Made by a program: the position numbers and the translations under genes | From: Okamejei kenojei | Lineage: Eukaryota | Reading direction: 5' to 3' | Assembly (NCBI GenBank): GCA_035221665.1 | Contig: CM069164.1 | Location: forward strand, 12,152,001 to 12,216,000 | DNA: 64,000 nucleotides | Notes under the pieces: model-generated | The model's database searches: none | Told to the model about the DNA's origin: nothing | What the model saw: the letters and a program-made list of their open reading frames with translations, nothing else | In this document: positions 12,601 to 24,597 of the stretch, in pieces | Numbering within the stretch: the first letter of the stretch is position 1 | Layout: every line of letters begins with the position of its first letter

Positions 12601-14429
12601 AATAGAATAGAGGTCTCAACCTCTAAATTGTATGTATCTAAACTAACACTTATTATTGTTCGCATGAAGCTGAGCTCTAAGCTGCAACTAGTATAGGGTT
12701 CCATCCCAGTGCAGCATGCAGATAAATCATTCTGGAATATTACTTCAGCAAAGTTTAGCCACAACTGGAGCATATGTGCTTCCGAGCCACTGAAGCAAGT
12801 GACCATAAAATACACTAATTACTGGAAGTTATGGTCAGTGAGTGATTGATAGCCCTCTGCGAGGCAACTTCCTCATTTCTGGTCCTATGACAGGGCTCAT
12901 CCGGCACATGGCAATTATTAATTCATGACCCTCCCCTAAGGCACAAGTACCTTTACTCTTCTCATTCCCCTACTTCCAATGTTACTGCAAACTGCAATTA
13001 ACGGCAGATCACAATTTCATCTGTGTTTTGGCACCTCTGGAAGATGGTGCACCATTGAACTATTTTGAATGTTTGGCATATATCCCTGGCTTTATTGTAA
13101 TGTATCATTTTGAGGCTTATTGCTGCCAACTTAATTTTTACACAGGTTTTATTTTGCGATTTTTAACCTTTTGATCTACATAAGGTTGGCACTTGTAAAA
13201 GAGGCTTGACAGTTATTTTGTTTATTGCTGCCCCTAAATGTTAATGTGGATGGCCTCTAGTCGAACAGCTGCTGTTAATACCATGGCCATAGCTATGTAT
13301 TACAGGCATCTGCTACACTGTGAGATTGAGCTGCCAGGAGAATTTTAACCCTTTCTGGAGCAATGATTAGTTACACTTTTGTCAAAACCACAAGGATTAT
13401 ATTTTAACTAAAAATCTGATAATCTTTGTTTCTGCTTCCTTGAAAAAAAAGGCATGCTGTTATTATTAAATTATCTAAAATGTGTGATTTCAGACTGAGT
13501 AGCAGTACAATTATAAATGGCATCAGTATCCTTATGGGCAAGGTACCAGAGAATGTAAATACCCACAGCATCTCATCTACTAAAATGTGAACATATTTTA
13601 AAGGCAATTACTCTTCTATTTTCAGCTGTAATTAGGAGGTAACTTATCATAATGTGATCAGCTTAAATGGGAGATGGCATAAATCCCTGACACAGTTATG
13701 TGTTTGAAGAACTTAATTTAGCATTGTGAAAGCAATGCTGTACCTTTCCTGAAAGGGACCAAGTGCTTGTACTAACTATAATGATGGAACATGTAAGCTT
13801 CATTCTGGAATGGGGGCAAACTTTTGAGTTCATTAAATGTACTGTATTGGTTATTGCCTTGAGGTTTAATTAACTCTCTGTCCCCTATTTCTCACAGAAC
13901 GTTTGCATGTGTGCACTATATATAGCCAGAACCAACTTAGAAGATGATTAAAAATCCATGGTATTAAAAGGACCAATCCTTTACAAAATATTCTACTTGA
14001 TTTATTAATTTTTTTGTTAAAAACAGATACTTAATGTCCCTGCTCCCCAGAGTAATTAATTTTTTTTCCGAAAAAGCAATTTTGAAAAAGCTTTAGATCA
14101 TGATTCTACCTCAGTCTAATTGGACCTGTGGGCAGGTAGGTGAAAACATGCAGTTGCGCAGAAGATGAATAGGCCACTTGGTCCAACACTTTGTAGACCC
14201 GTTTCATTATTGAAATAACAATACTCTCTAAAAGACAGAATCCCTGCACTTCCATAGATAATCTCAGTAATGACACGACTGTCCATATTCCCAAGTTACA
14301 TTCTGGACAAATATCATGCATAGTAATATGGACCCTGGCCGTTTATGGTTGGAATTGTGGTTTGCAACCATTTCCATCTTACCTGGTTGGTGATTCATGC
14401 TGCAATTAGCTCTAAGCAATTCTAGTTAC

Positions 14430-14740
14430 TATTTAGCCTAATTTAGAGATACGTTATGGAAACAGACCCTTCGCCCCACTGAGTCCATGCAGAATATCGA
14501 TCACCTATTCATACACTTGTTCTACACACTTCCTACACCCTAGGGGCAATTTACAGAGGCCAATTAACCTACAAACCTGCACATCTTTGACACATGGATG
14601 GAAACCAGAGCAGTTGGAGGAAACCCATACAGTCACAGTGAGAATGTGCAAACTCCGCAAAGACAGCACTCGAGATCAGGATCGAACCTGGGTCTCTGGG
14701 GCTGTGAGGCCGCAGCTCTACAAGCTGAACCACTGTGCCA
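14430..14740 (-). mobile_element. tRNA-derived V-SINE (HE1-like)
   Basis: B-box GGTTCGATCC at 14679-14688 (minus strand), V-core and LINE-like tail. Confidence 0.85.
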
Positions 14741-16559
14741 TCAAATCTAGTTATGAGCAACATAGGAACACCTGTTCCAAAAAGATAAATTGCACACTTC
14801 TTACCCAATATCTATGTCCAAAAATGTGACTGACTATGAGAACCAATTTGTTACATTGGAAGTGCTTTGGAAAATTAAGAGGTTGTTAAAAGTCCAAACT
14901 GAATAACATTTTGTTTAAAGGTGAAGAATTTCTACAAGGTATAAGTTTTCAAACATTCTTTGCACTATGTTAGAAAAGATCAATTGCAAGCTGGTGGCGG
15001 ACTGTGCTGGGGATGCAAATCAACATGCAATAAAGATAAGTTATATAACAGGGAAGTATCTATTCTACATGCAAATACTGCATTAAAATATGGCTTCTGT
15101 TTATAATGATTACGACAGGGATCCCGCGAGAAACACAGCTGGCATGTTAAAGCTGTTTCCTCATATCTCCACTGTTTTATATTTTTTAATTCCCTTTCTA
15201 AAAAGTAAAACTTAATTTTGGTAAAAACATTAAAAAAACAATAAAACTATCGACAAGCCGCAAGTGTGGCTTCATTTAATATTAATTTAAATGTTGTGGC
15301 ATATGCACTGCACGGAATATTTGCCAGCATACAATAATAAAGCAATCCAATTGTTGGAAAGAGACAAACAAGTACTGCTTTTTGTTTAAATATATTACTA
15401 ATCAATGTACAAAAGGTTTCATTTATGCAATTATGACTATTACTGATCTTAAATCACTAATCAGATTTAAATTTGCCACATCTGAATTCACAATTTGCCA
15501 TATTGTCTAACATATTGATCAGCACTGGCCGAAAGTCTATTTGGGTCCACTTGAACTCACAACCACGTGGGCTAATAATGAAGTGTTTCATATTACATTC
15601 TATTCAAATCCAATCTAGGTTTAAGAAAATTATGTTATAAATACGTAATAATTTCTGTAAGTTTATCTTTGCATCATTTGCAAATTAGTGACGAATTATC
15701 AATTATAGCCAGATGGTACGTGCGAGGAGCTTCATGAAATCTTCAGAGTTTTTACTGAAGTATATCTAAAAATATTCATGGGAAAAGCAGCTGGGAATGC
15801 GACACAATTGATGGATTTTCTGTAATTGTTGGAATAAAGTTCAGCACAAATGTCTGTGCAGACAACAGATTTAGCATTACTTGGAAAATTTCACGTGGTC
15901 TACAGCTTTCAATGTACCGCCTGGTGAACCTCAGAATTAACAGATTTGGAGGTCTGTTTCAGTAAGTGAATACTGGAAAAGGGACTGAATTATGCATGTT
16001 GTATTTGAATTTGATATACCGAACAAATGATTTACTATCTCCTATCTCCTTCGCTCCTTAGATGCTGCTGCACCCGCTGAGTTTCTCCAGCCTTTTGTAT
16101 ACCCTCGAATGATTTACTATGCTGTTATATTGCAGGTACATATTTGGGATACTCTTGCTAAAAACACAAATGTTACTACTAATCTTCGTATTAGTCTATG
16201 GTCAGGCAAGGGGCCAAATCTCTGTTTTGACACAAATGCATAAGCATGCAGAGTTTTAATCTTTTGCATTCTAACATAGGTCAAATTTCACATTAGCGAA
16301 ATGTTGAAAGTGAACTTTTATACATAATGACATTTTAAGTATTTTTAAGTAGCTAACAAATAACTGACATATCTATGCAGATACTGCAGCTCCTTGAGAT
16401 CTGAAACCTTGTGAATCCATCTCCTTGAGGTTCTTGTGCTTTGCTAGAATTCAATCTAGCTGATTTAATTTCCTCATTACTTTATTTATTCATGTTGTTA
16501 CAAAGATGATTAATTTAATTTTGATGCAAACTCTTTCTCAAAATCCCATGTAAAGTCAT

Positions 16560-17110
16560 TGTGGCATAGAGTGGAATCAGGCCTTTCGGCCGTGCCGACT
16601 GTGACTTCCCTTCTAACCTAGTCCCATTTACCCGCATTTGGCCCATATCCCTCCGAAACTAGTCTAAGTCTGAAGAAGGGTTCCGACGTGAAACAACATC
16701 TATCCATGTTCTCCAGGGATGCTGCCTGATCTGCTGAGTTACTCCATGCACATGTCCAAATATCTTTGAAATGTTGTTATTGTATCTGTCTCAACTACTT
16801 CCTCTGGCATCTCATGCCATGTACCCACCACTCACTGTGCGAAAAAGTAGCACCTTAGCTTCCTGTTAAATCCCATCTCACCTTAAACCTATGCCCTCTA
16901 CTTCTTGATTTCCTTACCCTGGGTGAAAGACTCTGTGCATTCACCATGTTTATGTCTGTTGTGATTTTATACATATCTATAAGATCACTATTCAGCCTCT
17001 TACACTCCAGGAATAAAGTCCTAGCCTGCCCAGCGGCTCCCTATAATCCAGGCCCTCAAGTCCCGGCAACATCCTCGTAAATCTTCTCTGCATCCTTTCC
17101 ATCTTAACAA
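16560..17110 (-). mobile_element. CR1-type LINE 3' fragment with a Penelope-derived insert (16665-16746)
   Basis: caggcctttcggcc ... gcatttggcccatatccctc ... cggcaacatcctcgtaaatcttctctgc. Confidence 0.75.
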
Positions 17111-17816
17111 CACAACTCACCCAATGATACAAGTATTTGTGACTGAAGTGAGGCCCAGTATCATATTACAAATACTGATACCAGTAAATTTACTGAATGT
17201 TCAGTGCAGATGTTTTGGGTATATTGTTTAATTAAATCTCTATTTTGCATGTTATTTACCATAATCATTTGCCCCTTCTTTGGCTCAAAAGGAACAAGTT
17301 CTTTGTTTTGAATTGGTTTTCAAAAATATATTTTGTTAATATGGTGGTTAAAATTTAAGCATGCTATAGAAATATTTTTTGATTCAGCCAATTGGATTAC
17401 AGCTTTTCTTTTTTGCAGTGCTTAGTTATTGATAGTTTTATCTTTAAACAAAAATGACATTTTATTTGCTTTAAGTTAACAATTTCTTTAAAGACATATC
17501 AATCAAATAGATTAGAATAATTTATGACTTTTGCCAGCAAGAGGCAGAAAAGGTTTTAAACCCAGTTCACAGAAATGAATTAAAAAAGGATTAATGTACT
17601 CATTGAGGACAGAAGGATTGGTCAACGTTATTGTAAGTGCAATACATTAGGAGTGCAAAGCAATGCTTCGTCATTTTGATACCAGTGAAGGTATTGAAAA
17701 TACCATTTGCAATGTAGAAAGTTTAGCGATATCCTAGCCCAGAGTAACACAAAACATGCTATTCGTTTTTTTCCAGCAATATCACCACAACTGAATGGCT
17801 GAGAATCTCTCGAAGA

Positions 17817-18050
17817 ATCATAGAGTCATACAGTGTGGAAACAGGCCCTTCGGCCCAACTTGTCCACACCAACCAACATGTGCTATCTACACTGGTCCCA
17901 CCTGCCTGCATTTGGCCCATATCCCTCGAAACCTGTCCTTTCCATGTACCTGCCTAAATGATTCTTAAACACTGCGATAGTACCTGCCTCAACTGGTTAT
18001 TTTAAAATCTTTCCCCCTTAACCCTTAACTTATGTCCTTTGGTCCTTTTC
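17817..18050 (-). mobile_element. CR1-type LINE 3' end
   Basis: atcatagagtcatacagtgtggaaacaggcccttcggcccaact tail signature. Confidence 0.75.
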
Positions 18051-18522
18051 TTATAATCCTTTTACATTAATTTATTAAATAACAATGAAGGGCCACATAC
18101 CCATTAAAAAGCAGAAAATAACGTCCTTTAAATTAGTTTTAGCAGTAAGGCTAACCTTGGAACAGAGAGCATATTTCCTCGTAAGGCATAAACCAGTATA
18201 GCCACAGATTTAGTTCATCTCAAAATCCCTGGAATTATGCAAGAAAAAAAAATCCTGTTTCCAAATGTTATTTAGTGAATCTTACTGGAAAGTGTGTGTA
18301 TATGTGTATATATTAATATCAAACAATACTGTACTGCAGATGCACTAAAACTGAAACAAAATAGAATATCCTGGAAATGTTCAGCAAGTTAGGCAGTGGG
18401 GAGCGAAAAAGTTACTGTTAATGTAGATGACCGTTTATTCTGATGACAGTTGGATCAGGCTATGCTGTGATGGAATTAGCAGTTGAATAGTATGTCAGCA
18501 TACATCATGTATGCTGACATAC

Positions 18523-18810
18523 CGCTATAGGAAGGATGGCGTTGCTATAGGAAGTATGTCATTAAGCTAGAAAGCGTGCAGAGATTTATGAGGATGTAGT
18601 CGGGAGGGTCAGAGCTATAGGGAGAGATTCGGCAGGCTAGGATTCCTCGGAGAACAGGAAGCGGAGGGGTGATCTTATAGAGGTGTATAAAATCATGAGG
18701 AGAATAGATAGGGTGAATGTACAGAGTCTTTTACCTAGAGTAGGGGGCATTTTGGTCTGCATCGGCAAGTTGGCCCGAAGGGCCTGTTTCCATTGCTGTA
18801 TGACTGTGTG
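18523..18810 (+). mobile_element. CR1-type LINE 3' fragment
   Basis: RGDLIEVYKIMRRIDRVNVQSLLP followed by the ggcccgaagggcctgtttcc tail. Confidence 0.75.
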
Positions 18811-19987
18811 TCTATATCAGCTCAGAAGTAAAGAATGGGAATTTGGTGAAGCCTTCCGAGTTGCGGGTGCACAACAAGTATCATTGCCTACTGCGAATGG
18901 CAAATGAAAAGATGAAAAACAGAAAAAGGGCCTTTTTAAAACATTAGTGGTAACATATTTTCTTTAGACAAGTTGTGAAAATGTATACACAAATACTCAT
19001 GTTATGCATAATCTGCAAATTAACATTATTAATTAGAGAGGAAACAAACAATCTGATTTTGGAATTTGCCTCATTCTTGGAAACATTTTCTAAAATGAAT
19101 CATTTGTGCACTCTGCTTTCAATTGTCACACTTCAACTGGTAGCTGCTGACATAAATGAATTGACACTAACACTGTGTCTATTATCTCTCTACCTCAATT
19201 GTTGGAGCTACTTTGATGGCAGTGACCTTGTCAGTCTTTTTTGCCTGTTACTCACCTATCTCAAGACAATTTTTCCTGCTGAAACCTTTGTCCTTGCCTA
19301 CTCTACTCACTGTATCACTCAAACTGCTTCAATAAAAAAAACATCATGTTGAAGGGGCCCTCTGAGGAACAACTGACATGCCAATTAACAAAATACAACA
19401 AAGCCAAATTGTTCTGTGCACCTTACTCCGGAGACAATGACTTGTGACAAAAATTAAGGGGCACAGAATGAAAAAGAACTGTAAAGATAGAAGAGACACA
19501 GGAGAGATTTACTGCCATATCTGATACTTTCAGTTAAATCAACTACATTATTTGAATTTCTTTAGAAGAAAAAATATCAAACCAATCTTTGCATTACAAA
19601 CTGGGAATAGATGGGAGAAATAAAAGCAGGAAAAAAAACAATGGACAAGAAAAACTATTAAGTAAGTAGCATCCTCCGTTGTCACAAGAGCTGAAATTAC
19701 TGCTTGTAATAGGGAGGAACATACACTTAGGAGCCAACACCCAGAGCTGCTGACAGGAAAAGAGTCTTTACCTCGTGGTTACATATCTCGGGAAATCATA
19801 GATTGTGCGCAGGCAATTCAATGAAGTTAGGCTTTCTATTAAGCAGTGTAAACTTTTACTGCATGGGTACCACATTTCTCAGTCCACTACTATAATAATT
19901 AACATATTTCAAATAAAATGTTAATGCCAGCAATAAATGGTATGAACATATTTGTACCAGTTTCATCTAAACAACTTCATTATTATT

Positions 19988-20178
19988 TTGGAGTAATTCA
20001 GCGGGACAGGCAACATCTCTGGAGAGATGGGCGAAGTTTCGGGTCAAGACTTCTTCAGACTGAAAACGAAACGTCGCCCATTCCTTCTCTCCAGAGATGC
20101 TGTCTGTCCCGCTGAGTTAATCCAGCATTTTGTGTCTACCTTCGATTTAAACCAGCATCTGCAGTTCTTTCCTACACA
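19988..20178. repeat. Penelope pLTR-derived inverted (tail-to-tail) repeat
   Basis: gagtaattcagcgggacaggcaacatctctggagag is the reverse complement of ctctccagagatgctgtctgtcccgctgagttaatc. Confidence 0.75.
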
Positions 20179-20814
20179 TCATTATTATTTGGTCCTTTCT
20201 TAAGCTAATTACATACTGTACAGTAGATTTCCAGTTATTATATACATATTTAAGCTTCTTAATTTTCTCCTAAAGCTGGTTGTGTCCAGTGAAATTATGC
20301 ACTGGATGTGGCTACATAAGTTTGACACACTTATTGGATTAGTTATTGGTACTTAGATGTCAGACACTGGCAAAAGGAACAATTTGAGGTAATTGAGGGA
20401 ATCAAACAAAAATGGTTTTAGGACAACTTTAAATAGATTGATTGAACTATTTTTTTTCTGGATTGGGTTACTGGTTCCAATGAATCAAATAAATCTGCTG
20501 GCAAAAGTAACTTAAACATACAATTATGGATCCCAGTGGATTATGTTTACACTTCCTCTCTGGGGCATCTTTAAGCATGTACCTGTGAGGATAAGAGACA
20601 ATGATGGCAAGTTTTGGGATGAGATATTGTAAATTCAGTGAAAAACAAAAAGGAAGCACATGTAAAAATTAGGATGCTGAAATCAGACAATTCCTTGAGG
20701 AATATAAAGGAAGCAGGAAAAAAACTTAAAGAATAAATTAGGGGAGCTACAAAGAGGCCAGAAAATGTCCTTAAAAGATAAGATTAAGGAGAATCTTAAG
20801 GAATTAAATATGTA

Positions 20815-22688
20815 CAGTGCCTTCCATAATGTTTGGGACAAAGACTCATCATTTATTTATTTGCCTCTGTACTCAACAATTTGACATTTATAATTAAAAA
20901 AAAATCACATGTGGTTAACGTGCACATTGTCAGATTTTATTAAAGGGTATTTGTATACATTTTGGTTTCACCATGTAGAAATTACAGCTGTGTTTATACA
21001 TCGTCCCCCCATTTCAGGGCACCATAATGTTTGGGATGCATGGCTTCACAGGCGTTTGTAATTGCTCAGGTGTGTTTAATTGCCTCCTTAATGCAGGAAT
21101 AAGAGAGCTCTCAGCACCTAGTTTTTCCTCCAGTCTATCACCTTTGGAAACTTTTAATAGCTGTTTATCAACATGAGGACCAAAGTTGTGCCAATGAAAG
21201 TCAAAGAGCCATTCTGAGACTGAGAAACAAGAATAAAACTGTTGGAGACATCAGCCTAAACCTTAGGCCTACCTAAATCAACTGTTTGGAACATAATTAA
21301 CAAGCAAGAGAGCACTGGTGAGCTTACTAATCGCAAAGGGACTGGCAGGCCAAGGAAGACCTCCACAGCTGATGACAGACAAATTCGCTCTGTAATAAAG
21401 CAAAACCCACAAACACCTGTCTGAGTGATCAGAAACACTCTTCAGGAGTGGATTTGTCAATGACCGCTATCCGCAGAAGACTTCATGGAAAGAAATACAG
21501 AGGCTACACTGCAAGATGCAAACATAAGAAGTACTTAAAACAGCAAACACTGTTCTGGAAAAAGGTCTTGTGGACAGATGAGATGAAGATTAACTTATAT
21601 CAGAGTGATGGCAAGAGCAAAGTATAGCGGAGAGAAGGAACTGCCCAAGATCCAAGGCATACCACCTCATCTGTGAAACACGTTGGTGGGGGTGTTATGG
21701 CCTGAGCAAGGTACTAGTTCGCTTATCTTAATTGATGATACAACTGCTGATGGTAGTAGCATAATGAATTCTGAAGTGTATAGACACATCCTATGTGCCC
21801 AGGTTCAAACAAATGCCTCAAAACGCAATGGCTGGCAGTTCAGTCTACAGCAAGACAATGATCCCAAACATACTGTTAAAGCAACAAAGGAGTTTTTCAA
21901 AGCTAAAAATTAGTCAACTCTTGAGTGACCAAGTTAATCACCCGCTTGAGCATGTCTTTTATATGCTGAAGAGAAAACTGAAGGGGACGAGCCCCCAAAA
22001 CAAGCATAAGCTAAAGATGGCTGCAATACAGGCCTGGCAGAGCATCACCAGAGAAGACACCCAGCAACTGTTGATGTCCATGAATCGCAGACTTGAAGCA
22101 GTCATTGCATGCAAAGGATAAGTTCCAGAACAAGGGGTCACAGTCTAAGGATAAGGGATGAGGAAAACATTTTTCACACAGAGAGTGGTGAGTCTCTGGA
22201 ATTATCTGCCACGGAAGGTAGTTGAGGCCAGTTCATTGGCTATATTTAAGAGGGAGTTAGATGTGGCCCTTGTGGCTAAAGGGATCAGGGGGTATGGAGA
22301 GAAGGCAGGTACAGGATACTGAGTTGGATGATCAGCCATGATCATATTGAATGGCGGTGCAGGCTCGAAGGGCCGAATGGCCTACTCCTGCACCTATTTT
22401 CTATGTTTTTATGATATGCAACAAAATATGAAACATGACTACTTTCATTTACATTACATTGCTGTGTCCCAAACATGATGGTGCCCCTGGGGGGGGGGGG
22501 GGATATGTATAAACACGGCTGTAATTTCTACATGGTGAAACCAAAATGCATGAAAATATCCTCTAATAAAATCTGACAATGTGCACTTTAACCACATGTA
22601 ATTCTTTCTATTACAAATCTCAAATTGTGGAGTACAGAGGCAAATAAATAAATTATGGGTCTTTGTCCAAACATTATGGAGGGCACTG
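20815..22688 (+). mobile_element. Second copy of the same Tc1 family, TA TSD, decayed, carrying a LINE insert
   Basis: TA|cagtgccttccataatgtttgggaca ... tgtccaaacattatggagggcactg|TA. Transposase fragments WTDE, QQDNDPKHT and MLKRKLKGTSPQNKHKLKMAAIQAW. Confidence 0.93.
22121..22412 (+). mobile_element. CR1/HER1-type LINE 3' end inserted into the Tc1 transposase 3' end
   Basis: Typical 3' region (cacagagagtggtgagtctctggaa ... gggccgaatggcctactcctgcacctattttctatgtt) interrupts the Tc1 sequence aaaggata|tgcaac, with GATA duplicated. Confidence 0.85.
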
Positions 22689-23896
22689 TATATTAGGAGC
22701 AAGAAGGTAGATAGGAATAGGAAAATCTCCCTAAGGTTGGGGACGACAGAAATAGCGGTAGAGTTGTGGATATTGAGGAAGGTTCTCAAAGGATACAACA
22801 GGATATAGATCATTTGGAAAAAAGGATGGAGAAATGGGAGATGGCGGTTAATTCCGACAAGGATGAGGTGATTCATTTTGGGAGGTCAAATGTAAGGGGC
22901 AAGAATAGTCCTAAGACAGGACCCTTGGGGGCATTGATGTACAGAGGAATATTTGGATACAAGTCCACAACTCTATGAAACACAAGTAGATAGAGTGGCA
23001 TAAAGGGCATTCAATTTGTTTGTCTTTGTTGGTTCAAGCTTTGGGTATAAAAGCGTCAATACATGTTGCAAATGTAAAAAACTGATTTGGCCACATGTGG
23101 AGCACTGTGTACAGTTCTGATGCCACACTACAGGGAGAATGTGGAGACTTTGGACGGGTAGCAAAAGAGGTTTATCAGGTTTTTCCCTAGGATTGGAGTG
23201 TATTAGGTCAAAGGTTGGACAAATTGTGATCGTTTTTTCTAGAGTGTCAATGGCTGAGGGGCAAACTGATAAAGGTTTTTAACATTATGAGAGGGATACA
23301 TAGGATCTTTCTCCAAGGGTGGAAATGTAAAATTCTCATGGGCATATGTTTAAGGCGAGCGGGGGAAAGTTATAAAGAGATGTGTGAGAAAAGGGTTTTT
23401 TTTACACAAAGAGTGGTAAATTTCTGAAACATACCGTCAGGGGAGGTGGGAGAAGATATGATAGCAACAAATAAGAGGCATTTCGGCAGATAAGGGATTA
23501 TGAGGCAAGTTGATACAATAGTATCTGCATTTGTCAAATTATCTGCATTTGTCAATTTATTCTGAAAACATGTAACATTTGAAAAATAACAGAAGAATAA
23601 TTTGAGTTATCTTTAATGAGTAATCTGATAGCTAATATGCACACACTGTGATTTTTAAGTATCCACTTTTTGCTGAAGTATTTCCAGACAATTTTTGTCC
23701 ATCCTAGGAGATACTGAGGGGAGGGTATATGAAAAGGTTGTCAAGTGTAGTGTGATTGACCCCGTGGATATGGACTTTTCATAACATTTTAATAAAATTA
23801 TAGAGAACAATAATGGCAATCAAATTAACTGGATAGTAGCTGCATGCAAATGGAGAGAAAACAGGATTTCCATTTGGAATGATAGAGAGTATAAAA

Positions 23897-24024
23897 TCAA
23901 GTCAAGAGAGTTTATTGTCATGTGTGCCAGATAGGACAATGAAATTCTTGCATTTGCTGCAGCACAACAGAATATTGTAGGCATAAATACAGATCAGATC
24001 AGTGTGTCCATATACCATAGTATG

Positions 24025-24105
<81 letters not shown>

Positions 24106-24597
24106 ACACATGAATAAACAGATAAAGTGCAATAGGCTGTTATAGTTCAGAGTTTGATAGAAGTTGTGTTTAATAGTCTGATGATTGTGGGGAAGTAGCT
24201 GTCCTGTTCCTGAACCTGGATGTTGAAGATTTCAGGCTCCTGTATCTTCTATCTGATGGCAGCGGAGAGATGAGTGTGTGGCCAAGATGGTGTGGGTCCT
24301 TGATGATGCTGGCAGCCTTTTTGAGGCAGCAACTGCCATAGTTCCCCTCGAGGGTAGGGAGGTCAGATCGAATGATGGACTGGGCAGTGTTTCCAACTTT
24401 TTGCAGGCTTTTCCGCTCCTGGACGCTCAGGTTGCCGTACCAAACCATGATGCAACCGGTCAGCATGCTCTCTACTGTGCAGCTGTAGGAGTTCGAGAGA
24501 GTCCTCCTTGACATACCAACTCTCCATAATCTTCTCCGGAAGTAGAGGCGCTGATGTGCTTTCTTTATGATTGCATCAGTGTTCTATGACCAGGAGA
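23897..24597 (-). mobile_element. Rex1/Babar-type LINE 3' fragment
   Basis: ORF 24170-24514 (SCTVESMLTGCIMVWYGN ... LPSDRRYRS) is homologous to the 35-kb copy, with the same 3' UTR. Confidence 0.86.
24031..24102. repeat. (TA)36 microsatellite inside the Rex1 3' UTR
   Basis: Perfect TA dinucleotide run. Confidence 0.97.

Larger units (their letters stand above)
20400..23500 (+). mobile_element. Old CR1-type LINE ORF2 remnant, interrupted by the Tc1 at 20815-22688
   Basis: Joining the Tc1 flanks restores KIKENLKELNMYIRSKKV. Downstream reads EEGSQRIQQDIDHLEKRMEKWEMAVNSDKDEVIHFGRSN (RT C-terminal region). Boundaries approximate. Confidence 0.8.

Noticed and set aside
14670-14740. tRNA gene
   Set aside because: A and B boxes are present, but there is no cloverleaf and it continues into a V-SINE core, so it is a SINE head
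15779-15800. PTF1A-RBPJ composite site (TGGGAAA..CAGCTG)
   Set aside because: The spacer is only 2 nt, not the one-helical-turn spacing
23902-24132. ORF with poly-YI
   Set aside because: It is the translation of the (TA)n microsatellite
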